DNA from: Mytilus trossulus
Lineage: Eukaryota
Assembly (NCBI RefSeq): GCF_036588685.1
Contig: NC_086378.1
Coordinates: 85,188,001 to 85,252,000 of the forward strand
Reading direction: 5' to 3'
DNA: 64,000 nt
Positions 62,210-64,000 of this stretch are shown here, in pieces (within the stretch, counting starts at the first letter, position 1; the number at the start of each line of letters is the position of its first letter). A program made the translations under genes and the position numbers. The notes under the pieces are model-generated. The model saw nothing but the letters and a program-made list of their open reading frames with translations, did no database searches and had not been told where the DNA came from.

Positions 62210-64000
62210 GATATATCGGAATTGCAAGTTTTAATTATATCTTTGCCTTACAATGACTATTTATTTAATTTCCTTAGGCAAAATACACACATAACGTTTA
62301 TTAATAATAAACAAGACAAGAAGATAGCAAACATGCTTAACTATAAGGTATTTGTCAAAAGTCCTATTTCTAATCAACAAATTGATTCTTGTAACATCTT
62401 TTAGTGTTACCATGTTACAGCGATGTGGTAATTCTATTAAATGATCTATTTCTGTCTAATAAGTTGATTCTTTGTGTACGTTGTACGTTTGACTGTCCCT
62501 TTGGTATCTTTGGTCCCTCTTTTGTAACTTTAATAGTGTGACAGTGATGTTGTTATTCTATCAAATGAATAAAAGCAACAGTAGTATACCGCTGTTCAAA
62601 ACTCATAAATCCATGGACAAAAATCAAAATCGAGGTAACAAACTAAAACCGTGAGAAACGCATTAAATATAATAGTAGAACAACGACACAACACTAAAAT
62701 GTAACGCACACAGAAATGGACCGAGCATCAGACAAAATCCCACGAGAATAACATATATAACATCAAAACGAAATACATGCATGATCTATTTTTGTTTAAC
62801 AAGTTGTTTCTTTGTGTACGTTGTAACTTTAAAAGTGTGTCAGTGCTGTCATGATTATTCTATTAAATGATCTCTATCTGTCTAACAAGTTGATTTTTTG
62901 TGACAGTGATGTGGTTATTCACCTGAATGGTCTCACTGATACTTCTCTTATAATACAACAGCTGATTTTTTTTTGCTGATTGTTAATAGATTATACATAC
63001 AAGTGATCACTGGATGTTTGTATGTATACATTTTTCCGTTTGCACATCCTTTTTGAAAGAATTTTTGCTCAAATGTAGACAATCCTGCACTCTCCGCCAG
63101 CAGATACATTATAAAGAATTCTTGCTTATCTGACACTTATCAAACCGATGTTATTTATAGGTCTGATTAATGGAGTTTATTGACAAAACCCGACATTTCA
63201 AGTTCTCATTATCATTCTATCTGAGGTCACCTTTGCCTGAGGTAGTTTCGACCCAGAAGTCCCTCTTATTTATAAATCACCGGCTTTTAAATGGTTGGTT
63301 TTGTTTTACATGAAAATAGATAAAGTGATAAATTCTTTTTCATCTTGTCCCAGCTTGAATATCTAATATTTTATCCGATTAACACCTACACATATTTGCT
63401 TAATGACACGTATTATTGTTTTTATTTGTTTTTTGTTGATATGTAAATATCATTGAATATTTGGTTCTTCAATATTTTTGTTTAAACGAAAGTGTTTTTT
63501 AGTATCAATTTGGATTTAAAGATAATGTACTTCAAACCTAAACTTAATAATTATCCTGTATCATGGCAAGTACAGTCGTATTAGGTTGATTTGTGTTGTA
63601 TACGATCAAGGCGTCGCCCAGGGCCAAAACAGTTGGTCGAGACTCATGAAAACTTTACGATAACTCCAATGAAAACACCTAGTATACAAAACCTAAATTA
63701 ATCAATGACTTAAACATTAAACTGATAGAGGACTAGTACGACTCTATTTATAATCATACTAGTTCAAATATGAACTAACTAGAATGATCTCGAATATCAT
63801 ATTAACCATTTGTGGATGCTTTTAATTTCTAAGCAAGAACTTCCAGACAATTTTAAATCTTGGTCTATTTCTGAAATAATTCTAACATACTTTAAGCCTG
63901 TATGCCAACATTCCCCATGTGAAATTATAAAATTGTTTTGTATAAACATTGAACGACAAAATTGAGATGACTAATAGTTAGATAATAGTCATTGATAAGC

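Overview
AT-rich, intron-containing animal DNA. The byssal-protein-like gene and repeat families suggest a mytilid mussel (Mytilus-like); this is inferred. Genes reconstructed by hand from splice sites: (1) three tandem minus-strand paralogues of a secreted ApeC-domain (apextrin-like) protein, of which one is intact, one has an intact ORF but a GA instead of GT splice donor, and one is a pseudogene; (2) FARS2 (5 coding exons, minus strand) head-to-head with LYRM4/ISD11 (3 coding exons, plus strand); (3) a 589-aa mussel foot protein-1-like secreted protein with Tyr/Lys/Pro decapeptide repeats joined to 55-aa His-containing repeats. Introns and intergenic DNA hold a young CR1-type LINE nested in TIR elements, decayed Crypton, Penelope-like and Gypsy remnants, several MITEs, a tRNA-derived SINE and a 58-bp satellite amplified inside a dispersed repeat. 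The most notable non-coding signal is a ~335-350 bp repeat family carrying minimal type I hammerhead ribozymes (retrozyme-like). One intact ribozyme lies in sense orientation in the foot-protein intron, and a second hammerhead-like motif occurs on the opposite strand of the same unit.
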